Assembly (NCBI GenBank): GCA_964016885.1 | Contig: OZ024741.1 | Location: 167,462,001-167,526,000 of the forward strand | DNA length: 64,000 bases | Direction of reading: 5' to 3' | Origin: Eledone cirrhosa | Lineage: Eukaryota | In this document: one piece after another, positions 1 to 11,511 of the stretch | Numbering within the stretch: position 1 is the first letter of the stretch | How the letters are laid out: each line of letters opens with the position of its first letter | Notes under the pieces: generated by a model | Seen by the model: only the letters and a program-made list of their open reading frames with translations | What the model was told of the DNA's origin: nothing | Databases searched by the model: none | Position numbers and translations under genes: made by a program

Positions 1-3000
1 TGAATCTTGTGTGTTTGATTATTGTTACTATGCCAACTCCACAGAAATAAAGGGAATCGTATGTGCAGCTTTGGAAAGTTTTGCTGCTGAATGTGAAACT
101 GTTGGTATTGTTTATAACTGGAGATTTATGACCAATTGTCGTAAGTTGCAACTAGAAATTCCATATTATTTTATCTTATTCATTTATTTTAGCAACAGAA
201 TATCATATTGACATATATGTTTATATGTATGTATGTGTTTTAACAGTTTGACTTATTTAACCAAACAGTTTCATAGACATGTTGAACTCCTCAGATGTTT
301 TTGAATAATTATCTGAAGTAGTTAGACATGTTTAAGTCCACAAAATTGCTTCATAGTATATAAAATCTCAAACTGTTAATATATTCTCAACTTCAACATT
401 ATATGTTGAATGCACTTCCTTTTCATTTGTACCCCCATATATCATCATCATCATCATAATTACCGTTTTACGTTCATTCTTCCACGCTAGCATGGGTTAG
501 ACAGGTTGTCAGCATGGGTTACACAGATGTGATTTATACATTTGCATATATACACATATATATAAATATAAAAAATATATATTTCTTGTAGCCATGAAAT
601 GTGGTCCCAACATGGATTACGAGCCTAAGACTAGTGGCTGTCAACCAACCTGTGTGAACAGAAACTCAGTTGACAACTGCTCAAGAAAGGATATCGAAGG
701 ATGCGTATGTCAGAGAGGTTTTGTACTCAGTGGAGAAGATTGCATTACACCTCGAGATTGTGGTTGTGTTCATGATGGACGTTACATTAAGGCAGGCATA
801 CCTCCTCCATTTCTCTATATCTCTCACTCACATGCTCTATCTTTGTCTTTCTTTTCCACATTGCTTTCTCTTTGTCTGCGCACTCCCTCTGTCTCTCTGT
901 CTCTCACTCACTCTACCTATGTATCTTTCTCTTTCACTCTCGTTTGTCTTTTCCACTTTGCTCTCCTGTCCTCCTTTTACACACTCACTCTATCTATCTA
1001 TCTCCTCACTCTCTCTGTTTATCTATCTGTTTATCTTTACATGAATAAATAAATTGGTGCTCCCCTTTCATTTACTTGATGTGTTTTCTTCGTCCTCATA
1101 TTGTCCCTAACATTGTCAGCCCATGTAGCCAGTATAACATTCATTATTGTTGTTGTAATCATCATTATTTCATCTCTCTTTCATTCAGTTGGGCAGTAGT
1201 CTGACTTTAGCTGGTTGCACCCAGATAGCCGTGTGTGAAAAAGATGGAACAGCTAGAGGTCAACTGAAGATTGTTGATATTGAAAGCTGTGTGGTTAATT
1301 CACAGTGCATCACTCGGGATGGAGTCTGGCAGTGTGTTTGCAATAAAGGGTTTGCATTCAATGACAACAAGACCAAATGTGAGAAGGTTCCTGGTAAGGA
1401 AAAAATGCTATTTGTATTTCATGGTGTCACCAGAGATGTAGTCACATCATTCACATACATAATTTACTTATCACTTTTTTAATCTCAATATTCTTAACAC
1501 TTAATGTCCTGCACCACATGAAATCATATTAGCAAAACATTCTTGAAAAGTACAAAACAGCACAATGACTGCTTCACATTAAATAATATAGTCTTTACTC
1601 TAATACTGCACATTATCACTATGATCTGTCCACTAGTAAATATACTATAAACATTTGAATTAACAAACCACATGAAACCACATTAGTAAGACATTCTTGA
1701 AAAGTACAAAACAGCACTAAGACTGCATCACATTTACAGCAGTTGTTGCTGGCCATTGGCTGCGGGAATCCTTTTGCAGTCTTGTCTGTGGTGTGCAGTC
1801 CTCCGCCGCTGCACCCTAGGCCCAGAGCCCAATCATACTCCCTCTCCCTCCCATTCTTCTGTGACATTAGGGTCCTTGCCATTACCTCCCCTTCCCGTTT
1901 TCTTTATTTATGTAAATACCATATCTTTAGTTGCTATATTATAAACTATTCATTTTAATAGTGAAGTCTTTACATTTTGATTTTTAAATTAAAGTCTTTA
2001 TTTTTTAACATTGGAATTAACAAATCTGCTTTTAGATATGTTCTGCTGAATGATTACAGGTTGGAGTTAATAGAATTATAACTGAGTGTGTATGTGTATA
2101 TATGTCTGTATCTGTTTTACTGGATTGTTTGAAGATGATCAATGTGTGTGTCTATGTGTATGTGTGTGTGTGTGTGTAGACAGTATTAAATCACTGCATT
2201 TTCTTTATGTATTCTTGGTTAAGAAAATGGTCTAAAAATATGTTGACCAACTTAATGTTTAGATTTTTGTATTCCTTGCCAGATATAGAGGCTTTATCAC
2301 AAGTTTGTGTAGCCCCAGAAGATCTATGATGAAAGGTAGTCTAGTTATGATGGCCATAGAACCAGAGTTGGTTTCAGCTAGGTTGGTGTTTAAAAGGTTT
2401 AACCATGATTTCCTCTTTATATATTATGTATTTTTTACCTTCAGTATGTGGAGTTGAACCTATTGACATCCAGTTTGTGGTTGATGTATCTCAAAGTATC
2501 AGAGAGGAAGGACTGTATGAAACTAAACAATTCCTCACAGAATTTGTCAATGCTTCAGTCATTTCTCCAACTCATGCCCAGGTAGGAATTCTACAATTCA
2601 ACCACAAAGTCACCAACAAGTTTTTCCTAGAAGACTCCAAGACTAAAGAAAACATCATGGATGCAATCCAAACAGTAAGTATTTCTTGTGGCTACCAGTG
2701 ATTTCTCTCTCATCCTTGAATTTTACCATTCCCCCAGCTGAATAAGGTGCTAACTCTTCAGTCATGTCAAGCACACAACCTCTCTAGTGCTGGTGCAACA
2801 ATAAAATGCACCCAGTACACTCTGTAAATGAGGTTGGTGTTAGAAAGGGCATCCAGCTGTAGAAACCGTGCCAAAATAAACAGCCAAGAGGACCCTTAGT
2901 TGTGTCAATGAAAACCTCCTTAGTGTGGGAGGCTACAATAAAATACAGCCAGCACGCACTATAAAGTGGTTGATGTTAGCAAGGACATCCAGCTGTTAAA

Positions 3001-3839
3001 ATCAGGCCAAAACCAGAACATATATGAGATGTCACTTCCACCATGTCTAGGAGGATACTGGCTCCAATAAGATACTGACCTGGTTTGTGACAAGCATTCT
3101 AATACATGCTATTGTACTCATTGTGACTATTGCAACTCATTTGTGACAATAATTCTAATGGAATACACTATATTTCAATTAATTAATGAAGAATTTTAGT
3201 AAAATTATAATTATTTCATTACTTAGATACTAACATCTTATATAAAATTATATTGGAATATTTACATTTAAATAGGAACCCTTTAAAATAGGTGGTTTCC
3301 TTTCATAGATTCAGGATTAATGGAGAAATTTGAGGGATTTACTGAAATGCTTAATTATTTCCTTTCTTGTATAAAATTATGTTGCAAGATTTTAATTTAA
3401 ATATGAACCCTTTTAAAATGGTTGGTTATGGTTGGCTTGCTATCAAAAAGGTTAAATGATGATGATGATGATGATGATGATGATATTTTTGTTTTTATTT
3501 TTATTTTAGATTGGACCTGTAAGTAGTGGGACAAGATTGGGTGCTGCAATGCGTTTCACAGCTACCTCTGCCATTAAACGTCACGCCATTCGTAGAGGTG
3601 TCAAGCGAGTGGCAATAGTTTTTACTGATGGTCAAATATCAGATGTGCCAATTGTCAAACGTTGGAGCAAAGATCTGCGAATAATGCAAAAGACTCGAAT
3701 TGTGGTCATCGGTGTTGGACGTGTTGATGAGTTGCTTCTACGTGAAATGACTAGTGGTGGAGGAAAGGTCCTGTATGCATCTCGTTACGATACACTACAG
3801 CGAGTGATTGATGATCTTTACATGGTGGTTTGTAAATAA
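1..3839 (+). CDS. 3' part (C8-TIL-TILa-EGF-VWA exons) of the upstream tandem copy of the secreted PAN/VWD/VWA protein; 5' part lies outside the window
   Basis: Exons <1-140, 592-791 (GC donor), 1189-1393, 2445-2674, 3510-3839 (TAA) splice in frame. Near-identical to 33448-37290 (offset ~33,447). The only amino-acid difference seen is K vs E at nt 1375/34822. Confidence 0.9.
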
Positions 3840-4114
3840 AATCCTTACCCATCCTTCACTACAATTATGGATACTACTATTACTGCTAACACTTTACAAA
3901 TAGATATATATCCATCACGTTGATGATAACATATGTGATATATGTATGCAGTTTTATATTTATATAAGTAGTAGCTGTAGTAGTAATAGTATTAAAATGG
4001 AAATATTGACGTAAATTATGATATGATAAATATAAATTGAATATATATATATTTGAAATAACGATGACATGAAAATTCTAGAATGGTAATGATATAATTA
4101 CGAATATTATAAGA

Positions 4115-4120
4115 AATAAA
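4115..4120 (+). promoter_or_regulatory. Candidate polyadenylation signal (paralogous site 37566-37571)
   Basis: AATAAA ~280 nt after the stop codon, followed by a T/GT-rich tract, in both copies. Confidence 0.45.
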
Positions 4121-4431
4121 CAATATATTGCAACTATATTTCTTACTTTGTTTTCATTTCTTAATTGATTTCTCATTATATGTATCAGGTTCAAAATAGG
4201 TACACCCTACTCCTGCATGTTGTGAGGGACTAAGGTTGGCATTAACTCTGTATATGATCCAGGTTAGAATAGCTATATCTCCGTAAAAGATGACTAAATG
4301 TGTTAGCACTAGGAAGGGCATCTGGCCATAAAATAGTACTTTAAAAAGGACCCCATGATGAGTATGAAGCTTTTCATTGGCGCTACAATGTTAACCCAGG
4401 CAAAAGCAGGGGAAACACTTGTATTATTTAG

Positions 4432-4833
4432 AACGTCGGACATGCTTTGCAGGATAGAGTTACGGCTCTTTACGTTCTGAGTTCAAATCTCGCTGAGCTT
4501 AGTTTTGTCTTTAATCCTTACAGGGTCGATATAATAAAGTACCAGTAATGGTACTGGGGCCGATTTAATCAACTTCCCCCATCCCTCCAAAATCTCTGGC
4601 TTTGTGCCTATAGTAGAAACCATTATTATTGGCAGTATCGGTAGAGAGTCGGACGCCATGCTTTCCAGTATAGTTACGTCCCTTTATGGTCTGGGTTCAC
4701 ATCCCGCCGAGCTTAACTTTGCCTTTCAACCTCATGGGGTCGATAAAATAAAGTACCAGTCAGGCATTGGGGTCGACGTAATTGACTTTCCCCCCAAATC
4801 ACTGGCCTTGTGCCTATATAAGAAACCAATAAT
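4432..4833 (+). mobile_element. Two tandem copies of a tRNA-derived octopod-type SINE (paralogue 37880-38315)
   Basis: B-box-like GAGTTCAAATC, family core like GCCTTTCATCCTTACGGGGTCGATAAAATAAAGTACCAG, and an (ATT)n-type tail. The same core recurs more than 15 times in the window. Confidence 0.8.
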
Positions 4834-5605
4834 TTAAGAGACAAAGGGAAATAAATCTTGAAGCAATGCAAAAGAAAGCCTGCACGAATTCTTTCCCTTG
4901 TTTATTACATGAATCATTTAAAAAAATTGCGATAAATCCCTACTTGGGTGCTCAACCAAAAATGAATGAATGAAACTAAATCAAGAAACACCAACATATT
5001 CGCCATAAAAACCTTCACAACTCAATGAGACATTGCTTACGAAAAACAACCAGCATCAGATAAAATGAAAACTTACATTCGTACGAATGTGACGAGTATT
5101 CAGTTTTCTCAGCAGACGATAATTACTGAGTACGAGTGTCATGTTTATGTTTATGCACATCAGTGTTTGTGTATAAGTGCGCACGTGACGAGCTTTCAGA
5201 CTTCACTCTATCGACCTTTTCTCTGATTCTTACTCTCTATAGGAGCTGTTTCAAATGACAAGTGGGGGGGGGGGGGGGTTAGAGCACATTGACTCAGTAA
5301 ATCTTCACATGGTTGTTTACAAATTCCCCTGAAGGCATACACATTATATATATCGGCATGGCTGTATGGTTAAGGAGTTTGGTTTGGGTTTCAGTCCCAC
5401 TGCATGACACCGTGGTCAAATGTTTTTTTTTACTATAGCCTTGGATTGACCAATTACATTGTGAGTGGAATTTAGTAGACAGAACTGTACAGATATTTGT
5501 ATATTAGGGAACAGATTTTCTTTCATGTTACATTGAAAACAAAATTGTGCGCAAGTTTGATTCTTTTTTGTGAGGGATTTTTCATATTTCCTTTTTAGAT
5601 CTTTA

Positions 5606-6383
5606 CTAGCAGAATGGTCCGGCGTTGCTCGGGATTCTAAACATAGATTGGTATGTTTATCCCTCCTTTCTGAAACAGTAGTGGGACTCTTTGGGTGGCA
5701 TATCGGCAGTAACAATGACAATAAGCCGTCTGGGCTTTCGTGAAATAAATACGTTTGTTTATATTTTGTTATTGTGTATGCAAAAATATCTGTACACGAA
5801 TATATAATTATATATATACATATATTAAAATAACAGATGAAAGTTTAAGCAAAGAATCGCTGCTTTCATCCTTAACGGGATCTTCTGAAACTAAAAAGTC
5901 AGTCTGTGAACGCAGAAGTAAATATTTTGAAATACGTTGCAACTGAAGGAAAACAGGAAGACGATATTTTGGTTTGTGAAGACGTTCCCTGGCAATGAAC
6001 GGAAAAAAGCGAATATGCTACATCAGCAATGAGAACAATATATATATATATACACACTATATATACATATATACACACACACACACATAGCGAGGTCAAT
6101 GTTTTCATAATGTCGTAATCCAGACAGCCAGATTTACAGACAGATATTATAAGGGCGCGACATTATAGCTATGTATCTACCTAAAAAAACAGACTAAGAA
6201 AGAGAGAGATATCGCTAACCAGCGCCTAATGCAGTCCCTAGGGCATTGAAATTTTGAAATAAATTTTGCTCAAAACACTCACACGACCATAAGTATTACA
6301 TGTGTAAAGTTTGAAAAAAATCGGTTGCGTGGTTCTCGAGTTTTAGGGAGACAGACAGACATTCTCTGTTTTAGATATATAGA
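5606..6383 (-). mobile_element. Non-autonomous Helitron, 778 bp
   Basis: On -: 5' A|TCTATATATCTAAAA followed by (GTCT)n; 3' hairpin CCCGAGCAACGCCGG then CTAG|T; inserted between A and T with no TSD. Confidence 0.8.
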
Positions 6384-7418
6384 TAATTGGTTTAGAATAG
6401 TGATTTTCCAAAATCCCTGTGTATTAATGTTTCAAAGCCTTCATGGCTCCAGCTTTGGAATTTGAATGGTCATAGTTGTGGTAGATTGGTCATGTGGTTA
6501 GTAGTGGAGTAGCAAGAAATCATAAAACCTGATTTAAAAACAGTTAAGGTACTTAATAAGGCACTTATAACTGGCTTAACGTATATTGTGTTTCGATTAT
6601 AATTTTTTGTTTTCTATTGTTATTAGTATAGCTTACAATAGTTGTTCACTTTGTTTTGGATGGAATTCGATATAGTGTTATCAACTAATATAGTCCTAAT
6701 ACAACAAAAACAGTACTCAGAAAAAATACACCCTGGTTATAGAATAGATAAACCTGTCAATAAAACTCAAAACAAAATACAACAGACATCGGTCATAACC
6801 ACCACATCAACACAAAATTAACATACAGCAGACAACAGATATGATTTATAAATTTCAATGGAAACATTAAAGTTGTGAACTTCATGACCAAAATTGTTAC
6901 ATTGATCACACAAAACACAACACTTTTCTCTCAGTTAACCATGCACTTACTAAGTGTATGCAAAGGAGGTATTACAACACATTCCAATAGAGTACAAGCA
7001 AATAAATTGGATCAGATTAAAATTTGATAAAAACAGGAAATAAAACAACACATTTGTCTCACAAAAATCTTTAATCCCAAGATAACAAAACAAATAACAA
7101 ATTTAAAAATAAAATTGTTTTTTCAAGTCTCGAAATATTTGTAAATAATAACAGCTTCAGTGAACTCAACAACTCATCATTGCAAGATAAAGTGTTCTCT
7201 AATATCATAGGTTTCTGGTTTTGTGCAATATACATTTCTAAAGGGTACTCCAGGTTATCTATACATACATATATATATGTGCCTGTCTAAAATTCAATGT
7301 CACTAACAAGATTTAAACAGAATAAGACACATATCAGCATTCTATTTGGCTGGAATGTGTTAATATAATAATGATAAAGTCTCCAAGCACAATACAAAGA
7401 GTTGTATGCATATATATA

Positions 7419-7469
<51 letters not shown>

Positions 7470-7486
7470 GTGGGAAAGTATGTATA

Positions 7487-7542
<56 letters not shown>

Positions 7543-7634
7543 TACATATATAGTTTTGCAAGACATTTTATCTGAAAACGTGTGTTGAAACAGATATTGT
7601 TATACTTTGGGAGGGTCATTCCATGTTTTTTGTT

Positions 7635-7728
7635 TCAGTTGCATTTTCGATTTCATCTCTTTTTCTTTATACTTCCACTCGTGTAGGACACCTCGGTTAT
7701 TTTTCATTTTGTAAAAAAAAAACCTCAC

Positions 7729-7735
<7 letters not shown>
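7635..7735 (+). repeat. Fragment of an interspersed repeat ending at (TA)n; inverted relative at 59282-59375
   Basis: CACTCGTGTAGGACACCTCG...CTCACTTTCTA matches the reverse complement of 59282-59375. Absent from the paralogous position (~41010) in copy 2. Confidence 0.7.
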
Positions 7736-7758
<23 letters not shown>

Positions 7759-7761
<3 letters not shown>

Positions 7762-8780
7762 AACGGAAAAAATTAAACGAAATTTCATTTCCCACTCTTA
7801 GTACGGCTGTTACTTAAATATAAGTATGTACACGTACATACATATATGTATACAGGCGTACAGTAGTATGTATATATATATACATACATGCACCCATATA
7901 TATATGTACGTATAGATCCACCGAACATGTATTATAATGCTCGGTGTGTTTGTAAACAAACATCCCGTATTAAGCCGTAGTGTTCAGCAACCATCGTTGC
8001 TCGTTTGTTCAACACTGACAAAGGAACGCTGTACTAGTTTCAAGCTTATTAGCTATCGTCAACAACGTATACCTTCCTGCCAGATTGTTGAACGTATATA
8101 CTTATCTTATGCATATTAACGGCTGAGTAGCCCAATTTGCATATCGAGTGGGTTAATCGGCCGGGTGCACCGAAAACGATAAACGGAAGAAATGAAACAA
8201 AATTTCATTTCCTACTCTTAGTACGGCTGTTACTTAAATATAAGTATGTACACGTACATACATATATGTATACAGACGTACAGTAGTATGTATATATATA
8301 TACATACATGCACCCATATATATATATGTACGTATGGATTCACCGAACATTTATTATAATGCTCGGTGTGTTTGTAAACAAACATCCCGTATTAAGCCAT
8401 AGTGTCCAGCAACCATCGTTGCTCGTTTGTTCAACACTGACAAAGGAACGCTGTACTAGTTTCAAGCTTATTAGCTATCGTCACCAACGTATTCCTTCCT
8501 GCCAGATCGTTGAACGTATATACTTACCTTATGCATATTAACGGCTGAGTAGCCCAATTTGCATATCGAGTGGGTTAATCGGCCGGGTGCACCGAAAACG
8601 ATAAACGGAGAAAATGAAACAAAATTTCATTTCCCACTCTTCGTACCGCTGTTACTTAAATATAAGTATGTACACGTACATACATATATGTATACATACG
8701 TATGGATTCACCGAACATCGGTGAATCCATACGTACATATATATATGGGTGGATGTATGTATATATATATACATACTACA
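7759..8780 (-). mobile_element. Penelope-like/retrozyme-like non-coding element: ~2.3 tandem ~421-bp units with hammerhead motifs and an inverted 5' tail
   Basis: Units start at 7759, 8179 and 8601. Hammerhead folds at 8026-8068 and 8448-8490 have C3 mutated. 8718-8779 is an inverted copy of unit sequence. The 3' end abuts (TA)n. Confidence 0.7.
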
Positions 8781-8869
8781 GCAGAAAATTTCACAACCTA
8801 TCTATTAAGAAGCCAAAATTCTAGAAGTTATTGTCTTAACAAACAAATATAGGTTTTACTTTAGCATAT

Positions 8870-9150
8870 CTATAGTCTACACAGTGTAATGATTTGACCT
8901 GTTTACTGAGACTTGAGCTGTGTAATAACCTGATCTCTCTACTGAGAGGTCACCTGAACTGTCTACTGAGACTTCAGCTGATCTTGTGATTTTGTCATCA
9001 GATATACCACACGCTGAACTGTAAATAACAAGATTGACTGTACATTATTTGTAAATGACCAGGTAAAGCAGAGATTGTTCTGTAAATGATCAGATAAACT
9101 ATACACAGATCTGTAAAAGACCAGGAGGATGACATGCTAAAGTAGCACCC
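8870..9150 (-). repeat. Compact degenerate 36-bp + 31-bp repeat module (paralogue 43682-43955); inverted relative of 51923-55610
   Basis: GTAAA(T/A) at 9021, 9051, 9082 and 9113. CTACTGAGACTTCAGCTG matches the reverse complement of the 36-bp unit at 55245-55520. Confidence 0.65.
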
Positions 9151-9442
9151 ACATTATTCCTCCATATCTAAGAGGCAATCAAATATAGGGGCCCTTCATT
9201 AAGTACATGGGATCAAGTTTGTAAACCCAACTAAATGAACCAAACATCTTAAAAATTGAGAATTATACAATTTGTACTTGGTAACAAAACAAAAAAAATA
9301 AATAAAACCTTTTTTAATGATATAACATAAATATTCAATAAAAATATCAATGGAATAAATAAATACATTTATCATTTATCTGGTTCAAATGATTGTGAAG
9401 GGAAGTTGTTGAAAGACCATAAATATATATGTGTGTGTGTGA

Positions 9443-9497
<55 letters not shown>

Positions 9498-9717
9498 TAT
9501 ACATATATAAATATATATATATATATATATACATATATATACCAGTTTAACCCATGCAAAATAGATATTGTTTTCATTTACTTTTTGCACACCCACACCT
9601 ACACAGACACACACACATATATATACATACATGCATATATATATACACATACACACATATATATACACACACACACATATATATATATACATATACACAT
9701 ATATATATATATATATA

Positions 9718-11053
9718 TTGAGATTGACGAATATAGGGTCCAAGAGGCGATTAAGGAAATGAAAAATTGGTAAGGCCGCGGGACGGTCGGGGATAGTTGC
9801 TGAGACGCTGAAGGCATCAGGGGATGTAGGCACTAAACTGGTTGCACGCATCATCAATCAGGCTATATATGGCAGTGTCATACCCAAAGACTGGTGCAGC
9901 AGTATTCTCATAAATTGCTACAAAGGTAAATGGGATGCTCTGGAGAGGAGCAATTATAGGGGCATAAAACTGATGGATCAGGTTATGAAAGTGGCAGAAA
10001 GGATATTAGCGCAACTAATTAGAGAAAGGGTCAAACTAAATGAGATGTAGTTTGGTTTTGTGCCTCGGAAAAGTACAACAAATACCCTCTTCTTAGTGAG
10101 AGAATTACAAGAGAGGTTCTTAGAGAAGAATAAGCCACTATACTTATCTTTTGTTGACCTAGAAAAGGCCTTTGAAAGGGTACCTCGATCTGTCATCTGG
10201 TGGTCCCTAAGGAAACTAGGTGTTGAGGAATGGCTTGTGAGGACAGTGCAAGCTTTGTACATAGGTGCTGTCAGTAAAGTGAGGGCAGGAATGGAGTTTC
10301 GTGAGCAATTCCAGATACAAGTAGGAGTACATCAGGGTTTGGTCCTCAGCTCGCTCTTGTTCATTATAGTCCTCCAAGACATAACAGAGGAGTTTAAGAC
10401 TGGCTGTCCATGGGAACTACTCTATGCTGACGATCTGGTTCTTATAGCAGAATCAGTAGAGGAGCTAGAGAATAAATTCTGGCTATGGAAATAGCAGTTG
10501 GAATGAAGAGGACAGAGTGAATCTAGCTAAGACAAATGTGTTGATGATTAGAAAAGGGGACAAAACTCTGATTCCGTCAGGGAAATGGCCATGTTCGATA
10601 TGCAGAAAAGGAACTGGCATAAATTCTATAAAATTCACACAATGCAGATCTTGGGTACACAAGAGATATAGTGGGATAGCAGGCAAACTAACAGGTAGGG
10701 AGAAATACGTATGCAGTAGATGTACAGGGATATTAGACAGTAGAAGTCGCATTGATAGACACATTTTTCAAATGCAGGCGGGTGCTATAGAAGTTGTTGA
10801 TAGCTTCTGGTACCTAGGTGATCAGATTAGCATAGGAGAGGGGTGTTCCGAGGCCATAGTATCTAGAATAAGGACGGTTTGCCAGAAGTTTAGGGAGCTG
10901 CTTCCTCTGAGGACGAAGAAGGGTTTCTCCCTGCATACGAAAGGCCAGCTATATGATGCTTGTGTGAGATGTACAATGCTGCATGGTAATGAGACATGGG
11001 CAGAAACTGCAGAGGACATACGACGGCTAGAGATAAATGAGGCAAGCATGCTC
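9718..11053 (+). mobile_element. Degraded non-LTR retrotransposon (RTE-like) reverse-transcriptase fragment
   Basis: RT motifs FVDLEKAF, GVHQGLVLS and ELLYADDLVL, followed by a Cys/His-rich insert. In-frame stops (10048, 10492) and a frameshift; truncated at both ends. Confidence 0.9.
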
Positions 11054-11221
11054 GAATTATATAATTTGTACATGGTAGCTAAAAAAATGAAAAAACTTTT
11101 TTAATGATATAACATAAATATTCAATAAAAATATCAATGGAATAAATAAATACAACATTTATCATTTATCTGGTTCAAATGATTGTGAAAGGAATTTGTT
11201 GAAAGACCATATATATATATA

Positions 11222-11291
<70 letters not shown>

Positions 11292-11403
11292 TAAAAGGAA
11301 TTCCAACTTTGTCTGATTTACTCGTTTTATTTACAATCCTTTAAAATTTATAATGGTATTAGAATGAAATAGTATGGCAGAATATTAAATGTTAAGTGTT
11401 AAT

Positions 11404-11442
11404 TGAACAAGTACTTTCATGCTTTCGCAATCTTCAGGTTCA
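11404..11442 (-). ncRNA. Minimal type-I hammerhead ribozyme (Penelope-like terminal repeat, 11285-11510)
   Basis: On -: TGAAC-CTGAAGA-T TGC GAAA GCA T-GAAA-GTAC-T-T-GTTCA. Stem I TGAAC/GTTCA, GNRA-capped stem II, palindromic stem III AGTACT. Confidence 0.75.
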
Positions 11443-11447
11443 TAATG

Positions 11448-11510
11448 TGTGGTGACAGTCAAGTTTGCAATTTTCAACTGTTGAAAATTACAAACTTGAC
11501 TGTCACCACA
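11448..11510. repeat. 63-bp near-perfect palindrome (31-bp arms, 1 mismatch, 1-nt spacer)
   Basis: TGTGGTGACAGTCAAGTTTGCAATTTTCAAC-T-GTTGAAAATTACAAACTTGACTGTCACCACA. Confidence 0.95.
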
Positions 11511-11511
11511 T

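Noticed and set aside
792-1052. Hydrophobic C-terminal extension of the TIL ORF as a transmembrane anchor (also 34239-34499)
   Set aside because: It is CT-rich intron sequence read through the GC donor; it matters only if the intron is retained.
7287-9857. YIYI/HTHT-type ORFs here and at 16121-16760, 22676-23045, 27911-28340, 32676-32966 and 44347-44766
   Set aside because: Translations of (TA)n, (CA)n and (TG)n microsatellites.
10060-11104. Active reverse transcriptase gene
   Set aside because: In-frame stops, a frameshift and truncation at both ends.
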